From Thermoplasmatota archaeon (GTDB taxonomy: Archaea > Thermoplasmatota > JAKEGO01): a stretch of 64,000 bases of DNA. Each line of letters begins with the position of its first letter. The first letter of the stretch is position 1. The notes under the pieces were generated by a model. The model ran no database searches and was not told the DNA's origin. It saw only the letters and a list, made by a program, of their open reading frames with translations. Shown piece after piece: positions 1 through 10,914 of the stretch. A program made the translations under genes and the position numbers. The stretch lies in the NCBI GenBank assembly GCA_028279595.1, contig JANQNK010000006.1, positions 64,001-128,000 of the forward strand, in the 5' to 3' direction.

Positions 1-1
1 C

Positions 2-631
2 CATGTCTGGCTCTACCTCAACTGGAAGGGCGCCGAGGCGAATCCCTGGTACTTCAAGGGCCTCGAGCGGATCGGCTGCTCCGTCTGCCCGGCTGCCGAC
101 GAGAACGAGGGCGCCGTTATCGCGGAGCACGTCGACATGCGATGGTGGAACGAACTCCTCGAGAAGTATGCCGAGACGGTCGGCCTGCCGCCCGAATGGG
201 CGCATGCCCACTGGAGATGGCGCCGGCCCAGGGACTGGGGTGTCGAGGCAGACAGGATCGAGCACACGACGCGCCATTCGGAAGCCCTTGTCTTCGGCCA
301 GGACGACAACACGACCGTCGTCGAGGGCCCACGCGAAGGCGATGAAAGGCTCCTGCCGATCCTCGATCGCTGCGACATCACCTTGATAAGGTCGGAGGAC
401 AGCATCGCCATCGGCGGCGAGGACAGGCAGAAGGCACTGGAGCTGATGATACGCGGGCGGTCCTGCGTCGGGTGCGGGATTTGCACGGTCAGGTGCCCCA
501 CTGGCGCGCTCCAACTCAGGAACACGAAGGTGGAACTGAAGGAAGAGAAGTGTGTCCGATGCCTCGAATGCCTTGGTCCTTGTCCGGTCGTCGATTTCCA
601 TCCTTTGAGGTTCAGACCGAGGATGGATTGA
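2..631 (+). CDS. PAPS reductase family protein with C-terminal 2x[4Fe-4S] domain (5'-truncated by window edge)
   Basis: Frame 2 is open from the window start: HVWLYL...NPWYFKGLERIGCSVCP (PAPS reductase C-terminal motif), then CVGCGICTVRCP and CVRCLECLGPCP. Confidence 0.8.
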   Translation, partial: HVWLYLNWKGAEANPWYFKGLERIGCSVCPAADENEGAVIAEHVDMRWWNELLEKYAETVGLPPEWAHAHWRWRRPRDWGVEADRIEHTTRHSEALVFGQDDNTTVVEGPREGDERLLPILDRCDITLIRSEDSIAIGGEDRQKALELMIRGRSCVGCGICTVRCPTGALQLRNTKVELKEEKCVRCLECLGPCPVVDFHPLRFRPRMD

Positions 632-634
632 CGT

Positions 635-2650
635 TCAATCCTTCAGTTCATCGAGGTCGACGAAATGGTCGAGCGCCTCGGGGTTCGCTAGCGCGTCCCT
701 GTTCCTCACTTCATTCCCGTGAACCACCTTTCTAACCGCGAGTTCGACCTTCTTCCCCGAGATCGTCCGCGGGATGTCCGGGACCTGGATCACCTTCGCT
801 GGCACATGCCGGGGCGTGGTGTTGGAACGAATCGTCGTCTTGATCCTCTTGACCAGGTCCTCATCGAGCTCAAGCCCCTCCTTCAAGATAACGAAGAGTA
901 CCACCCTGGTATCGTCCTCCCAGTCCTGGCCGATGACTATGCTGTCGACCACCTCGTCGACGGTCATCACCTGGCGGTAGATCTCGGCCGTTCCGATGCG
1001 GATGCCTCCGGGATTGAGGGTCGCGTCCGACCTCCCGACCATGACGATCCCATCGTGCTCCGTTATCGTGATGAAGTCGCCGTGTCGCCAGACGTTTGGA
1101 TAGACGTCGAAGTAGGCGCTGTGGTACTTCTCATCGCCCGGGTCGTTCCAGAAGTAGATCGGCTGTGACGGGAACGAGGCGGTGCAGACCAACTCTCCAT
1201 TGACCCCCCTTACGGGATTACCGTCCTCGTCGAACGCATCCACCTTCATCCCCAGGCCTCTGACCTGGAGCTCTCCCGCCCAGACCGGCAGGGTGGGATT
1301 GCCGAGACCGAAGCACGAGATGATATCCGTACCGCCCGCTATCGAGGCGAGGTTGATGTCCTCCTTGATCTCCCTGTACACGAACTGGAAGCTCTCGATG
1401 GAGAGCGGCGACCCGGTGGATGTCATGGTCCTCAACGTTCCCAGCGAGTACTCCTCTCCCGGTCTGAGCCCGGACTTCTCCACTGCGCTGAGGTACCTGG
1501 CGCTGGTCCCGAAGATTGTCATGCCCTCGTCGTCCGCAAGCTGGAACAACCGGTCTGGGCCTGGGAAGAACGGATTCCCGTCGTAGAGTAATAGCGTTGC
1601 ACCTATGGAAAGGGACGACACCAACCAGTTCCACATCATCCATCCGCACGTCGTGAAGTAGAATATCCGGTCCGACGGCTTTAGGTCGGTGTGAAGCCCC
1701 AGCTCCTTCATGTGCTGGAGCAGTGTTCCTCCCGCGCCGTGCACAATGCACTTTGGCACACCGGTCGTGCCGGAGGAGTACATTATGTAGACGGGGTGGT
1801 GGAAGGGAAGCTGGGCGAAATCGATCTCCGGGACCGGTCCGTCCCCGATCAGGTCTTCGAACCCTATGGCCTTCGGGACCGCTCCCAGGTCCAGGTCGGT
1901 GCCGTTGTTCCATGAAAGGAGAGGAACGACCACGACCCTTTCGATCGAGGGTATCTGTTCCATGACGCTCCTCACTCGCTCCAGGGAGTCGAACTCCTTC
2001 CCGTTGTACAGATACCCGTCCGCAGTGAACAGGACCTTCGGTCCGATCTGGCCGAAGCGGTCGAAGACGCCCTTGATACCGAAGTCGGGGGAGCACGAGG
2101 ACCATATCGCCCCTATGCTGGTGGTAGCGAGCATTGCGGCCACGGTCTCTATCATGTTCGGCATGAAACCGGCGACCCTGTCCCCCTCGACCACGCCCTC
2201 CCTCCTCAGGGCGGCCGCGGTCCTTGAGACGAGGTCGAGAAGCTCGCTGTAGGATATCGATCTGCGCTTGCTGGATTCGGCGGTGAATACGAGGGCATCG
2301 ACGTTGCTGGGGTCCCGACCGTCCAGGATCCTTCCACCGAACGTCGTGGGCTTGCCGAGCGGGAACCTGAGAAGGTTCTCGGCGAAGTTGGTCCTGGAGC
2401 CCGAGAACCATCTGGACCTCATCATGTCGTCGCCGTCGGTAAGGACCTCGTCCCATCCCTTCGAACCGAGGATGGCGGTGTACTCCCAAAGGTATTGCCA
2501 GAAATCCGCACGCTCGTTCACGGACCATTCCCACATGGCACCATAGTCCTGGAGGTCCAGGCCCTTGCGGTCGTTTAGCCAGGTTCGGAAATGTGTCATG
2601 TTGGCTTTCCCGACCCGTTCGGCCGACGGCGTCCACAGAGGTCCATCCAT
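635..2650 (-). CDS. Acetoacetate--CoA ligase (acetoacetyl-CoA synthetase)
   Basis: AMP-binding motif YIMYSSGTTGVPKCIVH, FYFTTCGWMMWNWL, GRSDATLNPGGIRIGTAEIY, SGKKVE. Confidence 0.92.
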   Translation of the reverse strand: MDGPLWTPSAERVGKANMTHFRTWLNDRKGLDLQDYGAMWEWSVNERADFWQYLWEYTAILGSKGWDEVLTDGDDMMRSRWFSGSRTNFAENLLRFPLGKPTTFGGRILDGRDPSNVDALVFTAESSKRRSISYSELLDLVSRTAAALRREGVVEGDRVAGFMPNMIETVAAMLATTSIGAIWSSCSPDFGIKGVFDRFGQIGPKVLFTADGYLYNGKEFDSLERVRSVMEQIPSIERVVVVPLLSWNNGTDLDLGAVPKAIGFEDLIGDGPVPEIDFAQLPFHHPVYIMYSSGTTGVPKCIVHGAGGTLLQHMKELGLHTDLKPSDRIFYFTTCGWMMWNWLVSSLSIGATLLLYDGNPFFPGPDRLFQLADDEGMTIFGTSARYLSAVEKSGLRPGEEYSLGTLRTMTSTGSPLSIESFQFVYREIKEDINLASIAGGTDIISCFGLGNPTLPVWAGELQVRGLGMKVDAFDEDGNPVRGVNGELVCTASFPSQPIYFWNDPGDEKYHSAYFDVYPNVWRHGDFITITEHDGIVMVGRSDATLNPGGIRIGTAEIYRQVMTVDEVVDSIVIGQDWEDDTRVVLFVILKEGLELDEDLVKRIKTTIRSNTTPRHVPAKVIQVPDIPRTISGKKVELAVRKVVHGNEVRNRDALANPEALDHFVDLDELKD

Positions 2651-2780
2651 TGGAGCAATCCCATATCAAGAATCGTCTACTGGGTTCTTATCGTTTTCCC
2701 GCTGCCGTCCGGGACCAGAATGATGTCCAGACTCCGAGAATCCCCATAAGACTAAATACTCACAATCCGATTCTCACACG

Positions 2781-4943
2781 GTGCGTATGATGGGATGGCA
2801 CTGGATGATGCTAGCATGTATCGTTACACTGTTAACGGTAGGAGCGGCGACGGGCGACACCCTCGTGGTGGACGATGACGAAGGGGACTGGGCCGGGTTC
2901 ACGACCCTGCAGAGCGCGATTTACAATGCCTCCGCAGGGGACACGATCAGGGTCTATGACGGGACATACGGCGAGAACGTCGTCGTGAACGTCAGCGTCT
3001 CGATAGTCGGGAACGTTACCCAGCAGAGCCTGGTACTCGGCGACAGGTCGAGCTGGACGATCCGCGTCGAGGCCGCGGAGACGACCATCGAGGCCCTCAG
3101 GATACGGGGCGGCTCGGCGACGTCTGGATACGCCGCCGTCATAATCGCATCCGCAGATGGCGTGACGATCGCCAATTGTTCCATTTTGGATAACGACGGG
3201 ACCGGGGTCCTCGTCACGGACGTGAACAGCGTGGATATTATCGATTGCGGGATCTACGACACCGATGGACATGGCGTGCTCCTAGACGATGTCACCGACG
3301 CCACACTGAGTGGCGTGGATTTCACCGACTGCAGTCTTTTCATCACAGGGGCCGGTGAATCGAGATACGACACACACAGCATTACAGACTGTACCGTGAA
3401 CGGCGGCACCCTATTCTACAGGGAGAACTCACCTTCGGTGGTGGTTCCGGCAAGCGTGGGCCAGGTCATACTTGCGAAATGCAGCGCGGTCCTGATACGG
3501 GAGCTGAACATCACTGGAAAGGGCAGTGTCGGCATCATGCTCGCCCACTGCGACTTCATACCAGATCTGATCGAGATCGACGGATGCATCCTCGACGGAA
3601 TGATGTACGGCGTCTATCTGCACAAGGTATCCAACGTCACCGTCAAGAACAGCACGATCTCGGACTTCTCCGACACAGGGATAACTGTCAGCTCGGGCTC
3701 AGTCGATGTCCATATCGCGGAGAACGCCATCGATGACGGCCTTTACGGGATCCAGGCGTCCTCGGTGTACGGACTCACGGTCCTGAACTGCACGCTGGAC
3801 GGTAACGTCCAGGCTGGCATCCAGCTCACGTCGGGCTGCGACGGTTCTGAACTTACAAACCTCGTGATAAGGGATTCCTGGATCGGTCTTGCAGTGTCCG
3901 ACTCGGATGACGTATCGGTATCCAACGTCACCTCCGGAGGCAACGGGAGGCTCGGGGCGGAGTTCGACACCTGTGATGGCCTTGTGATCGACAGCAGTCT
4001 ATTCCACAACAACAGCGCTGGGGGGTTGGAGCTGATCGATTGCGATTCGCCGCTGGTCTCCTTCTCCGGGATCTGGGACAACTCGGGCGCTGGGATCGCC
4101 CTTTCCGGGAACGGCGCGTTCATCACCAACGATACCATTGCCGGGAACTCCGGGAACGGGATCGAGATAGACGGCCAGCTCCATGAGGTCAAGTGGTGCG
4201 ACGTCCTGGACAACCAGTACGGGATCTACATTCTGGAGACCGCGTCGAACCTGACGATCAGGATGAACGCCCTGGGTTCGAACGAGGGCTACGGGGTCTA
4301 CTGCGACTCCGACCTCGAGAACATCACCTTCCTGAGGAACAACTTCACCGACAACAATGCTGGATTGGTCCAGGCCTACGACGTGCTGAACCACACTTGG
4401 GATGACGGCCTCCGCGGTAACTGGTGGGACGACCACGAGAGCGTCGACGAGAATGCCGACGGGGTCTGGGACGATCCCTATTCGATCGATGGACCGGGCG
4501 ATGCGGAGGACCGGTACCCTCTCAGGGGCGCGGCCGATGTCCTTCACGTTGCGCTGTTCAGCGACATCGAAGGAGATGCGGTCGAAGGCCAGACCGTACG
4601 AATAATCGTCTCGATAACCGTCGAGGTAGCGAAGAAGGACGCCTCGGTCAGGATATTCCGCGAGGATGTCGTCGTGCATTCCGAGAGCATCGACCTGGTC
4701 AAGGGTAGGAACTTCGTTTACTACGAATGGGAGGCAACGGTAGGAGACCACAACTACCGTGCCGTGGCCGAGGGCAGGACGACGGACGAGGATTCGATAT
4801 CACTCACTGTCATCCCGGCGGACGACAGCGAACCCGAGACCGAGGAGGGTGTGCCCGCGTGGGCACTCGCAGCAACAATGCTCTTCGTATCGGCCCTGGT
4901 GGTCTTCAATCTAAGGCGTTTCTTCCTGCCGAAGAAGGAGTGA
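2781..4943 (+). CDS. Secreted right-handed parallel beta-helix (NosD/CASH-like) protein with C-terminal membrane anchor
   Basis: Signal peptide, VVDDD..TLQSAI..ASAGDTIRVYDGTYGE cap, repeated N/G-I beta-helix rungs, GNWWDD...DRYPL end motif, C-terminal TM followed by basic residues. Confidence 0.82.
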   Translation: MRMMGWHWMMLACIVTLLTVGAATGDTLVVDDDEGDWAGFTTLQSAIYNASAGDTIRVYDGTYGENVVVNVSVSIVGNVTQQSLVLGDRSSWTIRVEAAETTIEALRIRGGSATSGYAAVIIASADGVTIANCSILDNDGTGVLVTDVNSVDIIDCGIYDTDGHGVLLDDVTDATLSGVDFTDCSLFITGAGESRYDTHSITDCTVNGGTLFYRENSPSVVVPASVGQVILAKCSAVLIRELNITGKGSVGIMLAHCDFIPDLIEIDGCILDGMMYGVYLHKVSNVTVKNSTISDFSDTGITVSSGSVDVHIAENAIDDGLYGIQASSVYGLTVLNCTLDGNVQAGIQLTSGCDGSELTNLVIRDSWIGLAVSDSDDVSVSNVTSGGNGRLGAEFDTCDGLVIDSSLFHNNSAGGLELIDCDSPLVSFSGIWDNSGAGIALSGNGAFITNDTIAGNSGNGIEIDGQLHEVKWCDVLDNQYGIYILETASNLTIRMNALGSNEGYGVYCDSDLENITFLRNNFTDNNAGLVQAYDVLNHTWDDGLRGNWWDDHESVDENADGVWDDPYSIDGPGDAEDRYPLRGAADVLHVALFSDIEGDAVEGQTVRIIVSITVEVAKKDASVRIFREDVVVHSESIDLVKGRNFVYYEWEATVGDHNYRAVAEGRTTDEDSISLTVIPADDSEPETEEGVPAWALAATMLFVSALVVFNLRRFFLPKKE

Positions 4944-4947
4944 TCCG

Positions 4948-5505
4948 TCAGTAGAGGTAATCGGCGACCTCTTCCTCGGTGTATACGACCCCGAGCCCCA
5001 GCGCGATCCTGTTGACGAAGTTGAAATACGATGTGACGAGGTTTATGTTCAGGATGTCCTCGTCGGACCATCCGGCCTCTCTCAGCGACTCCACATCGGA
5101 CGGGTCCATTTCCTCAGGGGTCCGCGTCAGCTTCTCCGCGTACTCCAGCATCCTCATCTGCGGCTCTGGAAGCCTCTCGAGCGTGTAGTCGTGACTGACC
5201 CGCCTCACCCGGGGTTGGTCATTCCAGTATTTGTTCAGCGCCTCGCCATGGTGGCTCACACAGTATGCACAGTCGTTCACGTTGGACACGACCACGGCAA
5301 TGAGCTCGCGGTCCTCGCGGCTCAGGCCCATACGGTCGTACATCAGGTTCCTGTACAGGGTCATGTGGTCCCGCATGGACGATGGGTTCAGGCTGTGGAC
5401 CTTCATGATGTTGGCGACCTTTCCCCTGCTCTTGGCTATCTGCTCATAGACGCCCTTGAGCTCGCCCTCGGCCGTCCTCTCGTCCACAGTCCTTATCCAC
5501 GGCAT
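4948..5505 (-). CDS. Peroxidase-related enzyme, AhpD/CMD family
   Basis: RELIAVVVSNVNDCAYCVSHH motif; YFNFVNRIALGLG. Confidence 0.88.
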   Translation of the reverse strand: MPWIRTVDERTAEGELKGVYEQIAKSRGKVANIMKVHSLNPSSMRDHMTLYRNLMYDRMGLSREDRELIAVVVSNVNDCAYCVSHHGEALNKYWNDQPRVRRVSHDYTLERLPEPQMRMLEYAEKLTRTPEEMDPSDVESLREAGWSDEDILNINLVTSYFNFVNRIALGLGVVYTEEEVADYLY

Positions 5506-5519
5506 CTTCAGAGCCCCCG

Positions 5520-7571
5520 TTACGCATCAGGGTCGTCCGATTTCAACCTTTCCATCATCTTCTCTGGGTCCAGGACCGGCAATTCGCAGGCTCCCCCCTT
5601 GCATAGGTAGGCTGCTGCCTTCCCGTCGACCCTCTGATACGGTCCGACGAACTCGGCGACGTCCACAAGGCCATCGACAGTAACGAGAGATGTCACATTG
5701 GGTAGGAAGTCGCCGTTCAATCGATCGATGAAGGACCTGGCATCGCCCTCCAGGTCACCGACGATGACGACCTCCCAGGAACCCATGTATGCGGACCAGA
5801 TGCCGGAGGTCAGATGTGAATGTCCTGAAGGCATGTGGGCCGCTCGCCTCGGGATCGCCGATGTGAGCCGGGAGGCTGCCTCGTCCAGGTCAGGGTCACC
5901 GGTGAGCCTTGACAGTCGGACGAGGTTGTTGAGGGCGACCGAGTTGCCGGACGGGACGGCCCCGTCGTAGAACTCCTTCCTCCTGAATAGCAGACTCTCG
6001 CCGTCGTCCGGTGTCGAGAAGAAGGAGCCGTCCTGGTCGATGAAGTGCTCCATCATCGTCCTGTTGAGATGGACGGCGGTCGAAAGGACCTCGGGATCGT
6101 AGGTCGCCTGATAGAGCTCTATCAATCCCCAGACAAGGAACGCGTGGTCGTCGAGCTGTCCCGGTACGGACGCATCGCCGTTCCTGAACCTGTGGAGTAG
6201 CCTGCCGTCGGACGTCATCATGTTCTCCTTCAGGAACCGTACCGCCCTCCCGGCGGCCTCGGAATACCTGGGTTCGCCGAACGCCCGCGACGCCTTGGCA
6301 AGGGCCGCTATGGCAAGACCGTTCCAGTCGGTCAACACCTTGTCGTCCATCGACGGTCGGGTCCTGCCCTCCCGCGCTTCCATCAGGGTCTTGAGAGGTC
6401 CAGCGACCTCTTCCGGAGAACGTGTTGGACCATCCCGGGATAGATGGAGGATGTTGAGGCCTTTCCTGCCCTCGGGATCCCTGAAGTTGCCGCCGCCCCT
6501 CACATTGAAGGTGGATGTCAATAGGTCGGCATCCTCTCCAAGGATGTCCACGATCTCCTCCATCGTCCAAAGATAGAACTTCCCCTCCTCGCCCTCGCTG
6601 TCCGCATCCTCGGCGGAATGGAACCCTCCCAGAGGTGACGAGAGGTCCCTGAGCACGTAGTCGAGGACGTCCCTTGCGGTCGAGGCATACAGCTCATTGC
6701 CGGTAGCCAGATATGCCTCTGTGTACGCCATCGCCAGCAGCGCCTGGTCGTAGAGCATCTTCTCGAAGTGCGGGACGAGCCATCGCTCGTCCGTGGAGTA
6801 TCGATGGAAACCGGATCCGACGTGGTCATAGATGCCGCCCCGCCTCATATGGTCCAGCGTGTTCTCGACCATATCGAGCGCGGAACTGTCCCCCGACGAC
6901 CTCCAGTACCTCAGGAGGAACATCATGTCATGCGGGGAGGGGAACTTCGGGGCCGGCCCGAACCCTCCGTGCCTGGCGTCATATCGCCCCGCGAACTGCT
7001 CGTGGGCGAGGGCGAGCACCGAGCTGTCGACACCATGTGATGCCCTCTCGATGGAGGCCTTCCTGACCTCCCGGGCAACGTTTGCGGCCGTTTCGACCAC
7101 ATCGTTCCGCTGCTCCGTCCAGACGGACGCGAGTTTCGGGACGAGGTCGAGCATTCCGGCCATGCCGAACCTCGGCACCTTTGGAATGTAAGTGGCGGCG
7201 AAGAAGGGTTCGCCCTCGGGCGTCATGACGATCGTGAGCGGCCATCCCCCTTGTCCGGTCATCATCTGGCAGACCTGCATGTAGACCGAATCGACGTCCG
7301 GTCTCTCCTCCCTGTCCACCTTGATGTTCACGAAGGCCTCGTTCATCAGTCCGGCGACCTCCTCGTCCTCGAACGACTCCCTGGCCATTACATGGCACCA
7401 GTGGCACGTAGAGTATCCGATCGACAGGAAGATCGGTCTTCCCTGTTCCCTGGCAGCCTCGAAGGCCTCATCGCCCCAAGGGTACCAGTCGACGGGGTTA
7501 TCGGCATGCTGCAGAAGGTACGGACTGACCTCTTTCGCCAAACGGTTGGATCCTGAAGGAACATCCATCAT
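5520..7571 (-). CDS. Thioredoxin domain-containing protein, YyaL/SPATA20 family
   Basis: [53 protein letters not shown]. Confidence 0.93.
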   Translation of the reverse strand: MMDVPSGSNRLAKEVSPYLLQHADNPVDWYPWGDEAFEAAREQGRPIFLSIGYSTCHWCHVMARESFEDEEVAGLMNEAFVNIKVDREERPDVDSVYMQVCQMMTGQGGWPLTIVMTPEGEPFFAATYIPKVPRFGMAGMLDLVPKLASVWTEQRNDVVETAANVAREVRKASIERASHGVDSSVLALAHEQFAGRYDARHGGFGPAPKFPSPHDMMFLLRYWRSSGDSSALDMVENTLDHMRRGGIYDHVGSGFHRYSTDERWLVPHFEKMLYDQALLAMAYTEAYLATGNELYASTARDVLDYVLRDLSSPLGGFHSAEDADSEGEEGKFYLWTMEEIVDILGEDADLLTSTFNVRGGGNFRDPEGRKGLNILHLSRDGPTRSPEEVAGPLKTLMEAREGRTRPSMDDKVLTDWNGLAIAALAKASRAFGEPRYSEAAGRAVRFLKENMMTSDGRLLHRFRNGDASVPGQLDDHAFLVWGLIELYQATYDPEVLSTAVHLNRTMMEHFIDQDGSFFSTPDDGESLLFRRKEFYDGAVPSGNSVALNNLVRLSRLTGDPDLDEAASRLTSAIPRRAAHMPSGHSHLTSGIWSAYMGSWEVVIVGDLEGDARSFIDRLNGDFLPNVTSLVTVDGLVDVAEFVGPYQRVDGKAAAYLCKGGACELPVLDPEKMMERLKSDDPDA

Positions 7572-7624
7572 CGTAATCCCCGATAGGACGAGGAAGCGTC
7601 GTCTTTTAAATGGTCATCCCCGAA

Positions 7625-7978
7625 TCAGGACGCCCTGCCCTTCTCCGCCAGCCATGAGCAGGTACCGATCTCCGTACGGCGCCGGAGGTCGCGGATGATC
7701 TTCTCCTTGTGAATATCCGCCTGCGGGTCGTCCGGGTCCTTCACGTTCATGTAGACCTCGCAGGGGAACTCGGCACAGTCGCCGCAGTGCTCGTACCCCT
7801 TGTCCGTGATACAGCAGTCATAGATCGGACAGGAATCGAACTCGACGGTCTCGAGCTTGGTCCAGAACACCTTTCCCGCGACGGCCGGACATCCCGGGCA
7901 GACGGACTCATAGCACGAGCAATCGCCGCAGTAGACACCGCATGCGGCGGCCATCTTGAGGTCCGAGTCGCAGGTCAT
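7625..7978 (-). CDS. Cys-rich DUF3795-like protein
   Basis: ACGVYCGDC, CPGC, CPIYDCC...HCGDCAEFPC pattern. Confidence 0.75.
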   Translation of the reverse strand: MTCDSDLKMAAACGVYCGDCSCYESVCPGCPAVAGKVFWTKLETVEFDSCPIYDCCITDKGYEHCGDCAEFPCEVYMNVKDPDDPQADIHKEKIIRDLRRRTEIGTCSWLAEKGRAS

Positions 7979-8036
7979 GTTCTACGATGATGACATTCTG
8001 GTATTAATCCATTACCTACGGGGGACGACGGCCGGT

Positions 8037-8810
8037 TCAGCGTTCGAAGACATCGAAGCTGTAGTGGAGCTTGTTGTCGGCGTCGCGCTTCCCGACCTTG
8101 CTGTCGGTCCTCTCCCATTCCTCCCAGAAGATCTTCGGGAACCTCACGTCCCCGGCGAAGCCGCCCTGGATCCTGGTCAGGTACATCTTCTCCGCCAGTG
8201 GAAGGAACTGGTCATATATCTCCGCCCCTCCGGCTACGAAGACCTCTCCGCCGACGGACCCGCCGACGATGAGCGCATCGACGATGTCATGGACAACGGT
8301 GACACCCTCGTGCTCGTAGTCCTCGTTCTTGGAGATGACGATGTTAGCCCTGCCCTCGAGGACCCCCATGGTCTCGAAGGTCTTTCGTCCCATGATGACA
8401 GCGTGCCCCATGGTGACCTTCTTGAAGAACTCACGATCGTTCGGGAGGTCCCAGGGTAGGTCGCCGTCCCGTCCGATGACATCGTTCTGGGCAACGGCGG
8501 CGATCAGCGATATGGACATGAAGGGCTTCTCCTTCAGGGGAGGCCTCCTCTTCCGGCGCTGGACCGTGGATGGTACGTCGCCTCCAGGGTGAGGGCGTCG
8601 TCGACCTCGCTTCTTCCTTACAGGTCTCTTGCTGGCTTCCTCGACGCCGGTAATGGTGACTCCAGGGGTTCCCTGGTCCACGACCTCGATATCGATGATC
8701 TCGGCCTGAACGTTCTCGTCTCCAGAAATCGGGGCTTCCGCCTGGGAGGGCTCATCTTTACTTTCCCGTCGCCGGCCCCAGCGACCGTCCTTTCTGCTAC
8801 GTTTGGACAT
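8037..8810 (-). CDS. folA: Dihydrofolate reductase with probable basic N-terminal extension (core domain starts at ATG 8520; start uncertain)
   Basis: LIAAVAQNDVIGRDGDLPWDLPND..FFKKVTMGHAVIMGRKTFE, VAGGAEIY, GDVRFP. Confidence 0.88.
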   Translation of the reverse strand: MSKRSRKDGRWGRRRESKDEPSQAEAPISGDENVQAEIIDIEVVDQGTPGVTITGVEEASKRPVRKKRGRRRPHPGGDVPSTVQRRKRRPPLKEKPFMSISLIAAVAQNDVIGRDGDLPWDLPNDREFFKKVTMGHAVIMGRKTFETMGVLEGRANIVISKNEDYEHEGVTVVHDIVDALIVGGSVGGEVFVAGGAEIYDQFLPLAEKMYLTRIQGGFAGDVRFPKIFWEEWERTDSKVGKRDADNKLHYSFDVFER

Positions 8811-8995
8811 TTGCCCATCCCGGCCGTACCCCTCGGCCAATTCTGGATACGGATAATAGAATAAGAATCTATCGGAGATTATGGGGGCCCCGATCCCGGT
8901 GAAGGCGCCCTCCTCCCGCCGAATGGCGATGACCCGACCGACCCCGGAGGCATATTTTTAATACGGTCAACACAATCACCGACGGGGGAGCGAGG

Positions 8996-10477
8996 ATGAT
9001 ATCGATGAGTTCGAGAGGACCGATGTATCTGATAGCGTTCCTGCTATCGACCATACTTCTCCTTCCAGGGGCCGCTGCGGAGAGCTCCACGCCTGCGGAC
9101 GTACTCCACGACAACATCTTCATCATCGTCCTGCTGATCATCGCGATCGTGGCATTCGCGATCGTCTATACCCTGCTGTCCAGGAAGCTCAAGAGGTTCA
9201 AGAAGAGGCGGACGAAGAAGCTCGGCAGGAAGGCCGCGGAGCTCGTGGTGTTCACGGTGAAGGCGGTCTACTGGATAATCGCACTCACTGTGTTGCTGAA
9301 CATCGCGGGCCGGATCGACGTCCTTGCGGACAGCGACCTTTTCCCGTGGCTCCTTGACCTCCTCAACATCGGTCTGACCTTTGTCATCCTTCTGCTCGTG
9401 ATGAGGATACTCCTCATCGTCGTGAACGATGTCACCAACAGGATGAAGAACTCGAAGAAGGGCGTCCTGAAGGGCGTGCCACCGACGACGTTCATACTGA
9501 TACAGTTCGTCCTCCGCTACCTGATAATCTTCATCTTCGGCGTCACGATAATGCTGATATTCCTCGCGAAGCTCGGTCTCTACGATCTGATCTCGGGCAG
9601 CATCAGCGATTTCCTAGTTAGCAATTCCAACTACATCTCGTTCATCGTCGTCCTGGTCGTGATCGCGTTCGTCGCGAAGAAGTTCATACACATCTTCATC
9701 GACGACCTGAAGAAGCGTCAGGACAAGTTCTCGCCCGAGATGATGGACACAGCCGAGAAGGCGCTGACGATCGTCATCTACGGCCTGTTCGCCCTGATCA
9801 TCGTATTCGCGATACTCTCGATGGCGGGCATGGCCGAGCTCGGACAGACCATCCTGGTGATGATGATCACCATGACCGGTATCGTCGTGGCGATGGTCGC
9901 TACCGGGTCCATCGGCAACATCCTGTCAGGAATGGTCCTCCAGAGCATGAAGCCTTTCGAGGTCGGCGACAGGGTGAAGATAGCGGAGTACACAGGCGAC
10001 GTCGAGGAGATGACCCTGGTCTTCACACGGATCAGGACCCTGAGCAACGAGGTCGTCGACGTTCCGAACAACAACGTCCTCGCACAGGAGATATTCAACT
10101 ACACGGCCGCGGAGACAGTCACGATCGACGTCACCGCTGGGATCGGATACGAGGTCCCCGTGGAACTGGTCAGGAAGCTCATGCTCGAGGGCGCGGTGGC
10201 GACGGACGAGGTGCTCAAGGAGCCAGCCCCGGTCTGCCTGGCCACGGACTTCGGCGATTACGCGATTAACTACGTCCTCAAGGCGGCGACCGACCGTCCT
10301 ACCGATATCCCGATGATAAGGTCCAAGCTCATCGAGAACGTCCAGAGGTCCTTCTACGAGGCGGGCGTCGAGATCCTCTCACCCATGTACATCGTGAGAA
10401 GGGGCGAGGAACCGCCCGACGCGGTCGAGGTGCGGCGTCGGTACGAATCCCTGAGGTCGGAAGGGAAGGAGACGTGA
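8996..10477 (+). CDS. mscS: Small-conductance mechanosensitive channel, long N-terminal membrane region
   Basis: GNILSGMVL..KPFEVGDRVKI..GDVEE..TRIRT..VDVPNN MscS core; several upstream TM helices. Confidence 0.88.
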   Translation: MISMSSRGPMYLIAFLLSTILLLPGAAAESSTPADVLHDNIFIIVLLIIAIVAFAIVYTLLSRKLKRFKKRRTKKLGRKAAELVVFTVKAVYWIIALTVLLNIAGRIDVLADSDLFPWLLDLLNIGLTFVILLLVMRILLIVVNDVTNRMKNSKKGVLKGVPPTTFILIQFVLRYLIIFIFGVTIMLIFLAKLGLYDLISGSISDFLVSNSNYISFIVVLVVIAFVAKKFIHIFIDDLKKRQDKFSPEMMDTAEKALTIVIYGLFALIIVFAILSMAGMAELGQTILVMMITMTGIVVAMVATGSIGNILSGMVLQSMKPFEVGDRVKIAEYTGDVEEMTLVFTRIRTLSNEVVDVPNNNVLAQEIFNYTAAETVTIDVTAGIGYEVPVELVRKLMLEGAVATDEVLKEPAPVCLATDFGDYAINYVLKAATDRPTDIPMIRSKLIENVQRSFYEAGVEILSPMYIVRRGEEPPDAVEVRRRYESLRSEGKET

Positions 10478-10484
10478 TGTTGAT

Positions 10485-10907
10485 ATGATAAAGCTCGGAG
10501 ACAAGGTGACCCTGGAATACACGCTCGCGCTCACCGATGGAACGGTCCTCGAGGAGGCCGGCAAGGATGAACCCTTAACCGTGGAGGTCGGCAAGGCCGA
10601 CATCATGGAGAGTGTCGAAAGGGCGCTGGTCGGCATGGAGGCAGGACAGGACAAGCTCGTCGAGGTGGCACCGGCCGACGCCTTCGGAGAGGTGAACCCC
10701 GATCTGGCCATCATGGTACCGTTCGACGACTATCCCGAGGGAATGTCACTGAAGCCCGGAGAGACGTTCATGCTCCCTCTCCCGAGCGGCGATTCCGTTC
10801 CCGCCCGTGTCACGGGCCTCGACGAGAAAGGGGTGACGATAGACCTGAACCATCCATTGGCCGGGGAGACCCTGATAGTCAAGATAAATGTCATAACGGT
10901 CGTATAG
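10485..10907 (+). CDS. slyD: FKBP-type peptidyl-prolyl isomerase (SlyD-like)
   Basis: GDKVTLEYTL, ERALVGM..G, DLNHPLAGETL. Confidence 0.9.
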   Translation: MIKLGDKVTLEYTLALTDGTVLEEAGKDEPLTVEVGKADIMESVERALVGMEAGQDKLVEVAPADAFGEVNPDLAIMVPFDDYPEGMSLKPGETFMLPLPSGDSVPARVTGLDEKGVTIDLNHPLAGETLIVKINVITVV

Positions 10908-10914
10908 GCATCGA

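Noticed and set aside
1218-2669. 483-aa alternative-frame ORF and similar Arg/Gly/Pro-rich overlapping ORFs across the window
   Set aside because: They overlap well-supported genes and have the composition typical of off-frame translation in GC-rich DNA.
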